Virus record (IMG/VR): IMGVR_UViG_3300025009_000009
Location: 1-64,000 of that record
Reading direction: 5' to 3' (one strand)
Source of the DNA: an uncultured virus (IMG/VR IMGVR_UViG_3300025009_000009)
Lineage: Duplodnaviria; Heunggongvirae; Uroviricota; Caudoviricetes
Length of the DNA: 64,000 nt
Of this stretch, positions 47,510-56,848 are shown piece after piece. Below the pieces are notes generated by a model that saw only the letters and a program-made list of their open reading frames with translations, was not told the origin of the DNA and did no database searches. Made by a program: the position numbers and the translations under genes. The first letter of the stretch is position 1; each line of letters opens with the position of its first letter.

Positions 47510-47802
47510 TATGCTACCTCTGTTATTCTAACATCAACAGTTCCAGTAGCTGTAATAACCCAAACCCTTAATTCTGGTCCAACTTCAAGTGGAAAAAATT
47601 GATTACTAAATATTTTAGTACCGTTAGATGTTGTAACACCATTACTATATCCGTAATAAATATCACCATTCAAAGGTTGAATTGTTATTATTTTACGTTC
47701 ACTTAATGGAGTTGTATCATAAACAACTTCTTGTGCTGTTGTTGTAACACTCAAAGCTTTATTATAGCCAGGACCATCCAGTTGTGAAAAATTTCCAGAC
47801 AT
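47509..47802 (-). CDS. Small beta-rich virion protein
   Basis: Similar to C-terminus of 48626-49537. Confidence 0.55.
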   Translation of the reverse strand: MSGNFSQLDGPGYNKALSVTTTAQEVVYDTTPLSERKIITIQPLNGDIYYGYSNGVTTSNGTKIFSNQFFPLEVGPELRVWVITATGTVDVRITEVA

Positions 47803-47804
47803 AA

Positions 47805-48333
47805 TTATATCCTATTCCCTTTTTTCATATTTTCTATAGCAGGAAGATATTGTAAATTCCAAGGAACATGTAGTCCAGTAATATTTTTACCTTTTATCGG
47901 TATTATATGATCAACATGATATCCTTTTGGACAATTTTTATATATTAATTTTAATTCTTCTTTTTGTTCTTTTGTTATCCATTTTGGTTGAACTTTTTTG
48001 TTTCTTCTACTATTTTCTCTTACTTTTGCTCTAGAATTATCTATATCTAAATAATATTCTCTTTTAGAACGTTCTCTACTTTTTTGATGTGTTAATTCTA
48101 AATCTTCATAATAATATTTTTTTTGCATTAATTCTTCCTAATTCGCATATTCTATCTTTATTTTTTCTATAATATTTTCTTCTTCTAGAATTAACGTTGT
48201 CTTTTGTTTCTCTTATTCTATCTATTTTACATTTTCTACAATATGAACTTCTTCCAGATTTTTTTGCTCTATCAATACAAAAATCTTCTATATTTTTTTC
48301 TTGTTTACATTTAGGACAGAACTTAGTTGTCAT
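47805..48333 (-). pseudogene. HNH endonuclease frameshifted in an A8 run
   Basis: Zn finger ORF 48106-48333 and HNH ORF 47805-48128 (HVDHIIP..LHVPWNLQ..N) fuse if one A is removed at 48117-48124. Confidence 0.75.
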
Positions 48334-48339
48334 ATATAA

Positions 48340-48555
48340 TTATTCTACCTTACTTTCTTTAGATTTAATAATTCGTTTAACTTCTAAAATATTAGCATCT
48401 AATTTAGGTATAAATTTAGTTTGAATATAACTAAGTAATTTGAAATAGTCGATTATATCTTGTGTTTTGAAATGATTGAATTCTGCTTTTTTAGCTATTG
48501 TATTTATAAATTCAATAAACTTTTCTTTGTCTTCTTCATTGAAATAATTTTCCAT
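48340..48555 (-). CDS. Hypothetical protein
   Basis: AAGGAG RBS. Confidence 0.65.
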   Translation of the reverse strand: MENYFNEEDKEKFIEFINTIAKKAEFNHFKTQDIIDYFKLLSYIQTKFIPKLDANILEVKRIIKSKESKVE

Positions 48556-48625
48556 ATAAACTCCTTTTATATGAACAAGGGATTAGAGAGAGTATTTCTA
48601 CTCTCCCTTCCTACTTGTTATTGAA

Positions 48626-49537
48626 TTATGATAATTCCATGTGTCTAATTTCATGACCTAATGTTGCTGCTATCCATTGAACATCTACAGCAGCTCCTGC
48701 TCTTAGTTCCATAATGTTCGCTGGATCTAGTGGAAATCCGTTTGCTTGTGTAACTGAAGCACCACCAACAAATGCTCTTTTATTTGTATTATTAAAAATA
48801 TATAAATACTTTCTATTAGCTAATGCTGATGCAACAACAGATTCTCTAGTATCTGCAACATCTAGAGTATTAACATCATTTGCAATAGCTGTGTTAGCTA
48901 AAGCTGCATCATTAACAACTATTGAAGAATTGATGATATTAACATCTAATCCAGTATCAGCACCAACAACAGTAGAAGTGATAGATGTTCCTGCTCCGTC
49001 TTTAGTCCAAGAAGATACACTATCAGTAGCAGCAGCTAAGTCTCTAATATCCAAATCTGAAGCATCTACTGTAATTGAATTACCACCATCACCAATAACC
49101 CAAGGATCTGTTCCTTGATAAGCTGTAACACTATCAGATGTATATACTAAATCTCTAATGTCTAAATCTGAAGCAGTTACTGCTATTGAAGAATTAGAAA
49201 TATGAACATCTAATGCAATATCACTGTTTTCAGAAGTAGAAGTAAAATAATTAGTACCATCACCAAGTCTTACAGAATCTTCTGTATGATCTAAATCAAC
49301 ATCAATTTGAATATCACTAGAAGCAATGTTAACATCTAATGCATTACCGGTAGAAGTAATACCATTACCGGCACTATCAAATAAAGCCGATGCTGTATTC
49401 AACCATTCTTGAGAATTAATTGTTTGATGGTCAATTAACGTACCATCAGATGATCTTACATATGCACCAACGGAATCACTAGCTAATATAGTGTCAGCGT
49501 CGGTTACATCGAAAATTAGCTTTGTCTTCCAACCCAT
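48626..49537 (-). CDS. Fibre-like virion protein with internal repeats
   Basis: ASDLDIRDL twice; DGxG..ITST..LDV repeats. Confidence 0.65.
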   Translation of the reverse strand: MGWKTKLIFDVTDADTILASDSVGAYVRSSDGTLIDHQTINSQEWLNTASALFDSAGNGITSTGNALDVNIASSDIQIDVDLDHTEDSVRLGDGTNYFTSTSENSDIALDVHISNSSIAVTASDLDIRDLVYTSDSVTAYQGTDPWVIGDGGNSITVDASDLDIRDLAAATDSVSSWTKDGAGTSITSTVVGADTGLDVNIINSSIVVNDAALANTAIANDVNTLDVADTRESVVASALANRKYLYIFNNTNKRAFVGGASVTQANGFPLDPANIMELRAGAAVDVQWIAATLGHEIRHMELS

Positions 49538-49568
49538 AAAACCTCCTAAAAATTGTTAAAATAATTAT

Positions 49569-49967
49569 CTAGCTCCAACTAGATAATTCTATAGTATCAT
49601 TTGCCTTGTTAGATCTAAAGTATACAACTATCGGAACAACTAATTTTAAATTATCTTCAGTCTTTAAATTTCCAGGACTTAATGTTGAAAATGTTGTTCC
49701 ACTTTCACCAATCTGAAAAGACCATTGTATCTCTCCAAATTTCCTTGATTTCCATTCAAATCTTTTAGTACCCAAAGGTATTGTAAAACTATATTCTGTA
49801 TTAGCTAGAGGTGCCGCTATATTTTGAGTTAAACCAGAATCAACTTCAATAGCTAAACTTATTTCACCTTGAATACGTACAGCAGTATTACCATCACCAT
49901 CGGTGGTAAACTTTTCAGACTCCTTTCTGTGAAGCCAGTTATTTAAATGATTGAAAACTCCCTTCAC
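49569..49967 (-). CDS. Virion-associated beta protein
   Basis: GTG start with GGAAGG RBS; context. Confidence 0.55.
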   Translation of the reverse strand: MKGVFNHLNNWLHRKESEKFTTDGDGNTAVRIQGEISLAIEVDSGLTQNIAAPLANTEYSFTIPLGTKRFEWKSRKFGEIQWSFQIGESGTTFSTLSPGNLKTEDNLKLVVPIVVYFRSNKANDTIELSSWS

Positions 49968-49979
49968 AACAAATCCTTC

Positions 49980-50978
49980 CTAGATTATTTTTTCAATAGA
50001 AGATATTAATTTAGTAACTACATCATAATGTATTCTAACTTTCGCTACTAACCCTCCGATTTCTCCTATTTGTACAGATTTAATCATTCCATGTTCAGTA
50101 TTAACATCTGTAGTTATTGTTGCTACACCATATGTATTATTCTTTATTGTTACTTCATTCGTTCTATATGTAGCAATAAAATAATCTAATATATCTATAG
50201 CATTATTTGTTTTTTCAGCAATAGTGTTCTCATTATCACTTGATAAAATATTAACAATAATTGGTATACTACCTAGAGGTGATGGATCAACACCTAATCC
50301 ATCTAAATTATACCAAACGTGAAATTTAAACTCATCATTTGTTGTATATAAAAAAAAGTATTTATTATTAAGAGTGTTTAAACCTTTTTGTGATGATATA
50401 CCTAAACCACTTGTACCATTTGTTGCATCTGGTTTATCACCAACACTATTACTAGCTATAGTTGTCATACACCCAATATTAAGTGATGTAAATTCACTAT
50501 CTAAATTCATAACTTCTTTTAATCTAGAAGCTAATAAATTAGAATTATCTGATGAATATATAACAACTTCTAAATCTCTTAAAGCTCCAGTAACTGGATG
50601 TATTGATGTACCATTAAGATTAAACCATACACCAACAGATCCAACATCATCATATATTATGAAATATTTACCATCTAAATTTATACCAGTTTTACCATTA
50701 AAAGTAACTGTAGTAATTTCGCTTCTACCATCTGGTGTTCCTCTACATGAAATTAAAGTTTCATGAGCAATACCTTCACCATAAAAATTAATATATTCAA
50801 CTTCAAACGTTCCATCACTCATATCTTTATATTCATAACTAACTTTAACGTAACGTTTAGGAACAAAGTCATTGGCTAATATAACATCAAACGCTCTTTG
50901 TGTGTCGTTAAATGCAGTTTGAAGTGTTTGTCCTGGATCTAATACTGACAAACTATTTGGACTATTTTTAGAAAACAT
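49980..50978 (-). CDS. Virion-associated protein with duplicated domain
   Basis: KYF..Y..VW[FY]NLxG occurs twice. Confidence 0.6.
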   Translation of the reverse strand: MFSKNSPNSLSVLDPGQTLQTAFNDTQRAFDVILANDFVPKRYVKVSYEYKDMSDGTFEVEYINFYGEGIAHETLISCRGTPDGRSEITTVTFNGKTGINLDGKYFIIYDDVGSVGVWFNLNGTSIHPVTGALRDLEVVIYSSDNSNLLASRLKEVMNLDSEFTSLNIGCMTTIASNSVGDKPDATNGTSGLGISSQKGLNTLNNKYFFLYTTNDEFKFHVWYNLDGLGVDPSPLGSIPIIVNILSSDNENTIAEKTNNAIDILDYFIATYRTNEVTIKNNTYGVATITTDVNTEHGMIKSVQIGEIGGLVAKVRIHYDVVTKLISSIEKII

Positions 50979-51018
50979 ATATTATATTCCAATAACATTA
51001 GTTGTTTAATTTAAACTA

Positions 51019-51034
51019 CATTAATACTTGATAA
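51019..51034 (-). promoter_or_regulatory. Late-promoter-like motif
   Basis: TTATCAAGTATTAATG right after terminase stop. Confidence 0.7.
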
Positions 51035-53017
51035 TCATCTACGACGCTTAACTGTGAAAATGTCACGAATACTCTGTTGAACGTCCGTAAGTTGTTGTTT
51101 TTGTTTAGGAGAGTAGAATCCACCTTTAGGTAAATCGTAATCTTTAGGGTATGGATTTTTATGATAGTTGATGTTACGTATCAAATAAATCAATGCATCT
51201 AAACAGTCAAAATGTGAACCATCAGCAGCTTTCTCATATTTAGTTCTTGCTTTATTCCAAGTAGCATTCATTAAATGAAATATTAGGTTTATACATCTAG
51301 GATTTATCTTTAGTTTTTTACCAGAAACTTTCATACGTAAAGCGTTTATTTGTGCGTTTTTATCATCTTTTCTAGTTGGTATAAACGATAAGTTGTGTAA
51401 GTTATTAAAGTCTACGATAATTTGCCAACTAGTATCACATATCCTTGACTCTGGTAATTTGTCACCCCAAAGCATCTTTTCCTTTAATTTAATAGCATCA
51501 GCCATATCAATAGTTGTATATTCTTTACCATTGAATACTAATTCATCTTCAACAACAATTTCATCATTTCTAAAATCATAATACGCAAACAAAAAAGCTG
51601 TCCAATCTAGTATACCAAAGTCACCAGAAGTATAACATGTATAGTGTGCTGGTCGTTTCCATGTTTGTATTATGTCTTTCATTTTTTCATCAGTAGCTTC
51701 TGGTATAACTAATGAATTTGTGTCAGCTAATAATTTACATAAGTATTCTCTTTTAAAATCTATAGAATCTTTACCACCAACAGCATTAGCCATTTCTTCT
51801 ATTTCATATCCTTTAAATCTAGGACAATCATATATAGTTCTTCTGGTATATGCTTTTTTATAGTCAGCTTCTTTAATATATTTATTAAATGTATGTGCTG
51901 CTGAAGATGGTGGAGTTGAAATCATGATTGTTAATCTACGCTTAGACGTATTCATAGTTGGAAATAATACAGATTTATAATAGTAGTCAAATTCAGATGA
52001 ATCCATAAATCCACACTCATCCATGAATACCCTATCAAATCTTTGACCTCTAGCATTTTCAATATTACCAGAGTCTGTACCAATACAATGAATTTCAGAA
52101 CCATTATCAAATACGAATACGTTTTCTTGAGTATTAAATTTAGGTCTTAATTCTTTAGGACAATCTATACATATTTCATTGAAACGAGATTTAATTAATT
52201 TTCTAGCTTGATTCTGTCTAGGTAAAACGTAAGCTATTTTAAAGTTGGGATTACGAATACATTCTTCGATTGCTAATAAAGAAATTAGGAAAGAGTTATG
52301 AGTTACCAATCCATCACCAGTAAGATATAAATGTGTATCATTATCAACAGTAATATCCCAACATTGTTCCATTCTTCTATTTTCTTTTCTAACACTAACA
52401 GAATCTGTCACACCATTTACAACAGTTACTATTTTATCATACTCATTAAAATCTTTTAGTGGTTTCTCCAAAAGATTACCTTCACCATTTTTAACTAACC
52501 AGTAATGTTCATCAGTACAACCAGCTAAAACTTTACCATTACCAACTAAATCAAATACTTCTTCAACACCACAATCTATTTTATCAACAACTTTAGTTGG
52601 ACTTACACTACCGTCTTTATTATATCCATAAATAATATCACCAATATTAATATCTTTGATTAACTTTGGTCCAGTTTCTGTGATGACGTAAGTACTTGAA
52701 TTTATTGACTTTCCAGTTTGTCTTGAGAGGCACCATACTAACAAATTATTCTTAGTAGTATGGTAATTTTCATATAAACTTTTCTGATTACTATCCAACT
52801 TCCAATGAAGTACTCCTCTTTTCCACAATTTAACAGCAGCTTCTCTTTGTAATCTCTGTTTTTTAGCATCAGGTTTAGTTGTACCTTTAGGTCTACCTCT
52901 AGGTACAATCTTGACTAAATCTTCTTCAGTATTTATTATTTTACTATCAACAACAGGTTCTTTATCCTCAACAACTTCTTCTATGATAGTTTTATCTCCA
53001 CTATTCATCATCTTCAC
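51035..53017 (-). CDS. terL: Terminase large subunit with mini-intein
   Basis: Walker A SRQTGK|S, Walker B VFMDE, ISTP, nuclease GDFG..D, HFDCLDALIY. Confidence 0.9.
   Translation of the reverse strand: MKMMNSGDKTIIEEVVEDKEPVVDSKIINTEEDLVKIVPRGRPKGTTKPDAKKQRLQREAAVKLWKRGVLHWKLDSNQKSLYENYHTTKNNLLVWCLSRQTGKSINSSTYVITETGPKLIKDINIGDIIYGYNKDGSVSPTKVVDKIDCGVEEVFDLVGNGKVLAGCTDEHYWLVKNGEGNLLEKPLKDFNEYDKIVTVVNGVTDSVSVRKENRRMEQCWDITVDNDTHLYLTGDGLVTHNSFLISLLAIEECIRNPNFKIAYVLPRQNQARKLIKSRFNEICIDCPKELRPKFNTQENVFVFDNGSEIHCIGTDSGNIENARGQRFDRVFMDECGFMDSSEFDYYYKSVLFPTMNTSKRRLTIMISTPPSSAAHTFNKYIKEADYKKAYTRRTIYDCPRFKGYEIEEMANAVGGKDSIDFKREYLCKLLADTNSLVIPEATDEKMKDIIQTWKRPAHYTCYTSGDFGILDWTAFLFAYYDFRNDEIVVEDELVFNGKEYTTIDMADAIKLKEKMLWGDKLPESRICDTSWQIIVDFNNLHNLSFIPTRKDDKNAQINALRMKVSGKKLKINPRCINLIFHLMNATWNKARTKYEKAADGSHFDCLDALIYLIRNINYHKNPYPKDYDLPKGGFYSPKQKQQLTDVQQSIRDIFTVKRRR
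52295..52708 (-). mobile_element. 138-aa mini-intein in terminase Walker A
   Basis: Starts SINSST, block B CTDEH, block F WDITV, ends THN followed by Ser. Confidence 0.88.
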
Positions 53018-53435
53018 CTGAAACTATGCGCAATAAATCAGCAGTAGCTTCTTGTTTATCTTCCTTGGATAGTTTAGGAAGCTTATCACCATTCTTTAAA
53101 GCTACATATGCTTTTATAAGTACGTCAAATTTACGCAAATCAGCCCCTTCTAAGCGTTCTCCTTGCATGACTATACCATCATGCATCCTTTTGAATTCAA
53201 CCTCAATAATCTCCATTTGGTGGCTTCTACGAGCCAGTATACCTTCTTCCTGCTTTGGTTGAATTGATGGAACACTACTATTTTTTAGTAACTCTTCTAA
53301 ATGTTTGACTTTCTCTTCTAAGTCATCAATATAATTCTTTGCTTCAAAAAGCATATTACATGCTTTCTCAGCAAATTCCTTAGAATTCATTTCATTTTTC
53401 AATTGCTCTAGATTTAGTATATTTAATGTATCCAT
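53001..53435 (-). CDS. Helical protein, terminase small subunit candidate
   Basis: Overlaps terL start; assignment from position only. Confidence 0.4.
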   Translation of the reverse strand: MDTLNILNLEQLKNEMNSKEFAEKACNMLFEAKNYIDDLEEKVKHLEELLKNSSVPSIQPKQEEGILARRSHQMEIIEVEFKRMHDGIVMQGERLEGADLRKFDVLIKAYVALKNGDKLPKLSKEDKQEATADLLRIVSGEDDE

Positions 53436-53437
53436 AT

Positions 53438-53725
53438 CTATTTTCTCTTCGATTGTTGAAACTCTAGATTAACTCTAGCTAGTTTACTTTTAATATCGTT
53501 TATCTCTTCTCTAGTACTTTCTTTAAAGTCTTCTTCAGTTTCTATCTTACGTTTATTATCCATCCAATAAATAAAACAATAAACACCACCTAACACTAAA
53601 AGATTAGCTGCTGTTTGTAATGTTGGTTGAATCAATAGTAATTTAATAACAAAGAGTACATAGACACTTAAAAGATAGTGTTTGAAACTAGATAAAAATA
53701 ACCATATCCGTTTTAAATAATTCAT
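53438..53725 (-). CDS. Membrane protein
   Basis: Two TM segments plus coiled coil; AAGGAG RBS. Confidence 0.6.
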   Translation of the reverse strand: MNYLKRIWLFLSSFKHYLLSVYVLFVIKLLLIQPTLQTAANLLVLGGVYCFIYWMDNKRKIETEEDFKESTREEINDIKSKLARVNLEFQQSKRK

Positions 53726-53748
53726 AAAACTCCTTTTTTATGATATAA

Positions 53749-53834
53749 TAGGGTATCGGTAGTTTCGTTAACGGCTTGTATGTGTTAAACACTATGTCAA
53801 TATAGACCTTCCGACTTGACACTACGTAACCCTA
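53749..53834 (-). ncRNA. Structured 5' leader / ncRNA candidate (RNA1)
   Basis: UAGGGU/ACCCUA, GUAG/CUAC, UGUCAA/UUGACA, UUAAC/GUUAA helices. Confidence 0.55.
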
Positions 53835-53850
53835 CAATAACACTTGATAA
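53835..53850 (-). promoter_or_regulatory. Late-promoter-like motif heading the minus-strand block
   Basis: TTATCAAGTGTTATTG. Confidence 0.6.
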
Positions 53851-53885
53851 TCAAATAATAGTTTAAAAAATAGTTGTTAGTACTC

Positions 53886-53914
53886 TTTACAAACCAAGAA
53901 AAATATGATACAAT
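53886..53914 (+). promoter_or_regulatory. Sigma70-type promoter for RNA2
   Basis: TTTACA-N17-TACAAT with TGn. Confidence 0.55.
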
Positions 53915-53920
53915 AGGAAA

Positions 53921-54050
53921 CAACAGTAGGACGTTAGGTAGTGTTACATCAGTCTTTTCTTGCGTTTAACTATGTATAACCTTTCGTAGCAAAAAGCGGA
54001 GAAAGGTTGTGTTAAACAATGTAATAAACCTTAGACAAATGGCACGGATA
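53921..54050 (+). ncRNA. Rod-like ncRNA candidate (RNA2)
   Basis: Four nested helices, no ORF, own promoter. Confidence 0.6.
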
Positions 54051-54079
54051 AGTTTAATTAAAATAATTTATTATTTCTC

Positions 54080-54108
54080 TTGATTTCTAATTATAGATAT
54101 GGTATAAT
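54080..54108 (+). promoter_or_regulatory. Sigma70-type promoter
   Basis: TTGATT-N17-TATAAT with TGn. Confidence 0.7.
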
Positions 54109-54138
54109 ATAGGTATTAACAATAATAAAGGAGTAACT

Positions 54139-54507
54139 ATGAAGTTAGAGTTTACTATAGATGAGAAGCAATATCTTAACATGGTAATAAAAGATGCAAT
54201 ACAAGGAGCTAAGAATAACAAAGCAAGGAATACTGTTAGATATGGTAACAAAGTATTAGCTAAGTTTGACCATAATAATGTCTATAGTGAGTTAAAGTTA
54301 AAGGAATTAGATATACTAGCTAAATTGGTAACTAGTTCTGTTGAAACTCTAGATAAACTATCTCAAGATGACAAACTAAAGGATAAGTTAGATATTATAA
54401 GTACTAACTTAAAGTTTGCAAAGCAATTCTCTATTAAACTTAACCAACTATATGTTGAACATGCTAATAGATGTTATTTACTTGATAATACTGAGAAACG
54501 TAGCTAG
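54139..54507 (+). CDS. Hypothetical protein
   Basis: AAGGAG RBS. Confidence 0.65.
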   Translation: MKLEFTIDEKQYLNMVIKDAIQGAKNNKARNTVRYGNKVLAKFDHNNVYSELKLKELDILAKLVTSSVETLDKLSQDDKLKDKLDIISTNLKFAKQFSIKLNQLYVEHANRCYLLDNTEKRS

Positions 54508-54515
54508 GATTATAT

Positions 54516-55181
54516 ATGTCATATTTTGATTCAAATGGATTGCTTAACAGTATAGATAACGAAGATGGTGGAGAAAATAGTATGTTATACACATTTGAGT
54601 ATATACTACTATTTAAGTTATGTTATGGATTTAATTGTCATGAATACTTAACATTTACTGAAGCTATGGATAAATGTGAACTAAGTAAAGGTGTGTTTAA
54701 ACAACATCCAACAAATATAGATTCAATGAGTCATGATAACTTAACATCTATGGTATGTTATTCTAAATTATTTAATAAGAAATACCATAAAGATATTTGG
54801 GATGAAATAAAGAGACAAGGATACTTTAAATATGATAACCAGACACCAGATAAACCGACTAAATGGTTACACCCTAGAGATACAATATACTATGGTATAC
54901 TAAACAATAATGTTATATGTTATATGTTTATACCAATACTATTTATTATGATGTTAGTTAGTATGTTTGAAGAAAAAGAATCTACTTGTGGTAAGATACT
55001 ATGGTTTATTAGAATATATAGTTCAAACAATTTATTTTTTAAATTGTTTTTTAAACCAATATATGATATAATACTAAGAGTACAGTATGGAAAGAATCCA
55101 TTACAACAATTATTTAGTATTTACTTTAAGGAAGTTAATCATCCAATACACTATTTAACAAGGGTTTATTATGAACGATGA
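54516..55181 (+). CDS. Hypothetical helical protein
   Basis: Long ORF, SHDN motif. Confidence 0.65.
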   Translation: MSYFDSNGLLNSIDNEDGGENSMLYTFEYILLFKLCYGFNCHEYLTFTEAMDKCELSKGVFKQHPTNIDSMSHDNLTSMVCYSKLFNKKYHKDIWDEIKRQGYFKYDNQTPDKPTKWLHPRDTIYYGILNNNVICYMFIPILFIMMLVSMFEEKESTCGKILWFIRIYSSNNLFFKLFFKPIYDIILRVQYGKNPLQQLFSIYFKEVNHPIHYLTRVYYER

Positions 55182-55533
55182 TAAAGATTTTATACTAGAA
55201 TTAGAGAAGAAACTAAAAGAAGCTCAGAAAGAAAATGGTATATATTCATCTTTTGATGAGTGGTATGAAGTAAATAAAGCTAGAGTGAACTGTATTGAAG
55301 CTTATGTTAACAATGAAGATTTAGTACGTATAGGTTGGGAAGCTAGAACTGAGGAAGTACATTCACTTAAAATGAAATATAATCAATTACTAAATCATGT
55401 TGGTGGTAAGGAGATAATTGAAGGTATTGTTAGTCTTCCTATTCCAGTAAAGGAAATAGATGTTGTAATATCAACATTGTTTAAAGTTGTTGGAGCATTA
55501 ATTGTTGTTTTTGGGATATATTACTTCATATGA
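55171..55533 (+). CDS. Hypothetical protein with C-terminal TM
   Basis: ORF. Confidence 0.6.
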   Translation: MNDDKDFILELEKKLKEAQKENGIYSSFDEWYEVNKARVNCIEAYVNNEDLVRIGWEARTEEVHSLKMKYNQLLNHVGGKEIIEGIVSLPIPVKEIDVVISTLFKVVGALIVVFGIYYFI

Positions 55534-55745
55534 GAGTATTACTAGGAACAACAATAACTAATTACTTCTTTAAAAAATCAGATATGAAAGAAAATATGAA
55601 TCATATCTTTTATTGTGATTTTGAAAGCATTGAAGAAGTTGAAAATTTTATACATAATTCATATAATAATAGATTATTAATATTACTAAATCCAAATGGA
55701 GAACAAGATGACGAAAGAAGCGAAAGGGAATCTGATTTGTGTTAA
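55530..55745 (+). CDS. Hypothetical protein
   Basis: ATGA overlap. Confidence 0.5.
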   Translation: MRVLLGTTITNYFFKKSDMKENMNHIFYCDFESIEEVENFIHNSYNNRLLILLNPNGEQDDERSERESDLC

Positions 55746-56028
55746 GTGTGGTAAAAAAACATATAGAAATCATAGAGGTGTTGGTTTGTGTAGAGATTGT
55801 CAACCTTACATTAGAGATATGAGAGATATGTTTGTTGACGAAGCTCTTACTATTGAAAAAAATGGTGAAAAGGAAAGATTGAATGTGAAAGTAACAGGCA
55901 CACTCAATACATCATTGATTGTTAATTTTCTTATCAGTAATAAAAAACCTGAAGATGAATTTGTTGAGTTTAAAAAGAAAAAAGAAGAAGCAATTTTATT
56001 AAGTAAAACTATGGATAAGAAAAAATAA
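55708..56028 (+). CDS. Zinc-finger protein
   Basis: CVKC..CRDC; GGAG RBS. Confidence 0.6.
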   Translation: MTKEAKGNLICVKCGKKTYRNHRGVGLCRDCQPYIRDMRDMFVDEALTIEKNGEKERLNVKVTGTLNTSLIVNFLISNKKPEDEFVEFKKKKEEAILLSKTMDKKK

Positions 56029-56408
56029 TGAAATTAGCTATATGCGGATCTAGAACTATAACATTAAGTCCAGAAGAATTACATACTTATATTAATAAAT
56101 TATATTCAGAAAGATTCTTAGATCCATATGCTGAAGATTTTATAAAAATAGTAAGTGGTGGAGCTAAGGGTGTAGATTTGTCTGCAAAAATATATAGTGA
56201 ATTATATAATATTGATTATATTGAATATCTTCCTGATTGGGATAAATTTGGTAAATCTGCTGGATATATTAGAAATAAGGAAATAGCTAAATGTGCAGAT
56301 AAATTATTATTAATATGGGATGGTAGGAGTAGAGGTTCGAATATTACAAAAACATTATTTGAAAAATTAAATAAACCTATATATCAAATAGTTTTGGAGA
56401 AAGTATGA
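56028..56408 (+). CDS. SLOG-family (YspA-like) protein
   Basis: ICGSR, IVSGGAKGVD, GKSAGYIRN, WDGRSRGS. Confidence 0.85.
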   Translation: MKLAICGSRTITLSPEELHTYINKLYSERFLDPYAEDFIKIVSGGAKGVDLSAKIYSELYNIDYIEYLPDWDKFGKSAGYIRNKEIAKCADKLLLIWDGRSRGSNITKTLFEKLNKPIYQIVLEKV

Positions 56409-56845
56409 AATTAGAATTTAAAAAATTAAATAGAGATGCTATAATTCCTTCGTATGGTCGTGATGGTGATTCTGGTTTTGATTTTAGTTCTGTTATATCT
56501 AGAAGGATAACAATACAACCAGGAGAGACTATGTTAATTCCAACAGGTTTAAGTGTAAATATACCAGAAAATTATGAGATACAGATTCGACCAAGAAGTG
56601 GTCTTACGTTAAACACTAAACTAAGAATAGCTAATAGTCCTGGAACAATTGATTCGAACTTTTTGGGTGAAATATGTATTATTGTTGATAACATAAGTCA
56701 AACACAAACTGAGTATATAAATTTTGGGGATAGGATAGCACAAGGGGTCTTATGTAAAGTTACTAAAGCTAACATTGAAGAAGTTGAAATAATAACAAAA
56801 GAAACCAATAGAGGTACTAATGGTTTCGGTAGTAGTGGAGTATAA
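56405..56845 (+). CDS. dut: Trimeric dUTPase
   Basis: SGFD, RPRSG, GTIDSNFLGE, RIAQ, RGTNGFGSSG. Confidence 0.93.
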   Translation: MKLEFKKLNRDAIIPSYGRDGDSGFDFSSVISRRITIQPGETMLIPTGLSVNIPENYEIQIRPRSGLTLNTKLRIANSPGTIDSNFLGEICIIVDNISQTQTEYINFGDRIAQGVLCKVTKANIEEVEIITKETNRGTNGFGSSGV

Positions 56846-56848
56846 AAA

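Noticed and set aside
52295..52708. Class 3 intein
   Set aside because: Block F has Asp (WDITV), not Cys, at the diagnostic position
18303..53262. Many + strand ORFs opposite structural genes (e.g. 21128-21805, 20034-20366, 48714-49118, 50374-50766, 42483-42758)
   Set aside because: S/L/F-rich antisense shadows of biased coding sequence with no RBS or motifs
53749..53834. Hammerhead ribozyme or tRNA
   Set aside because: CGAAAC and a three-way junction are present, but CUGANGA is absent and the cleavage base would be G; no T-loop or anticodon arm
54473..54488. Seventh late-promoter motif (TTATCAAGTAAATAAC on -)
   Set aside because: Inside a + strand CDS and lacks the 3' half of the consensus
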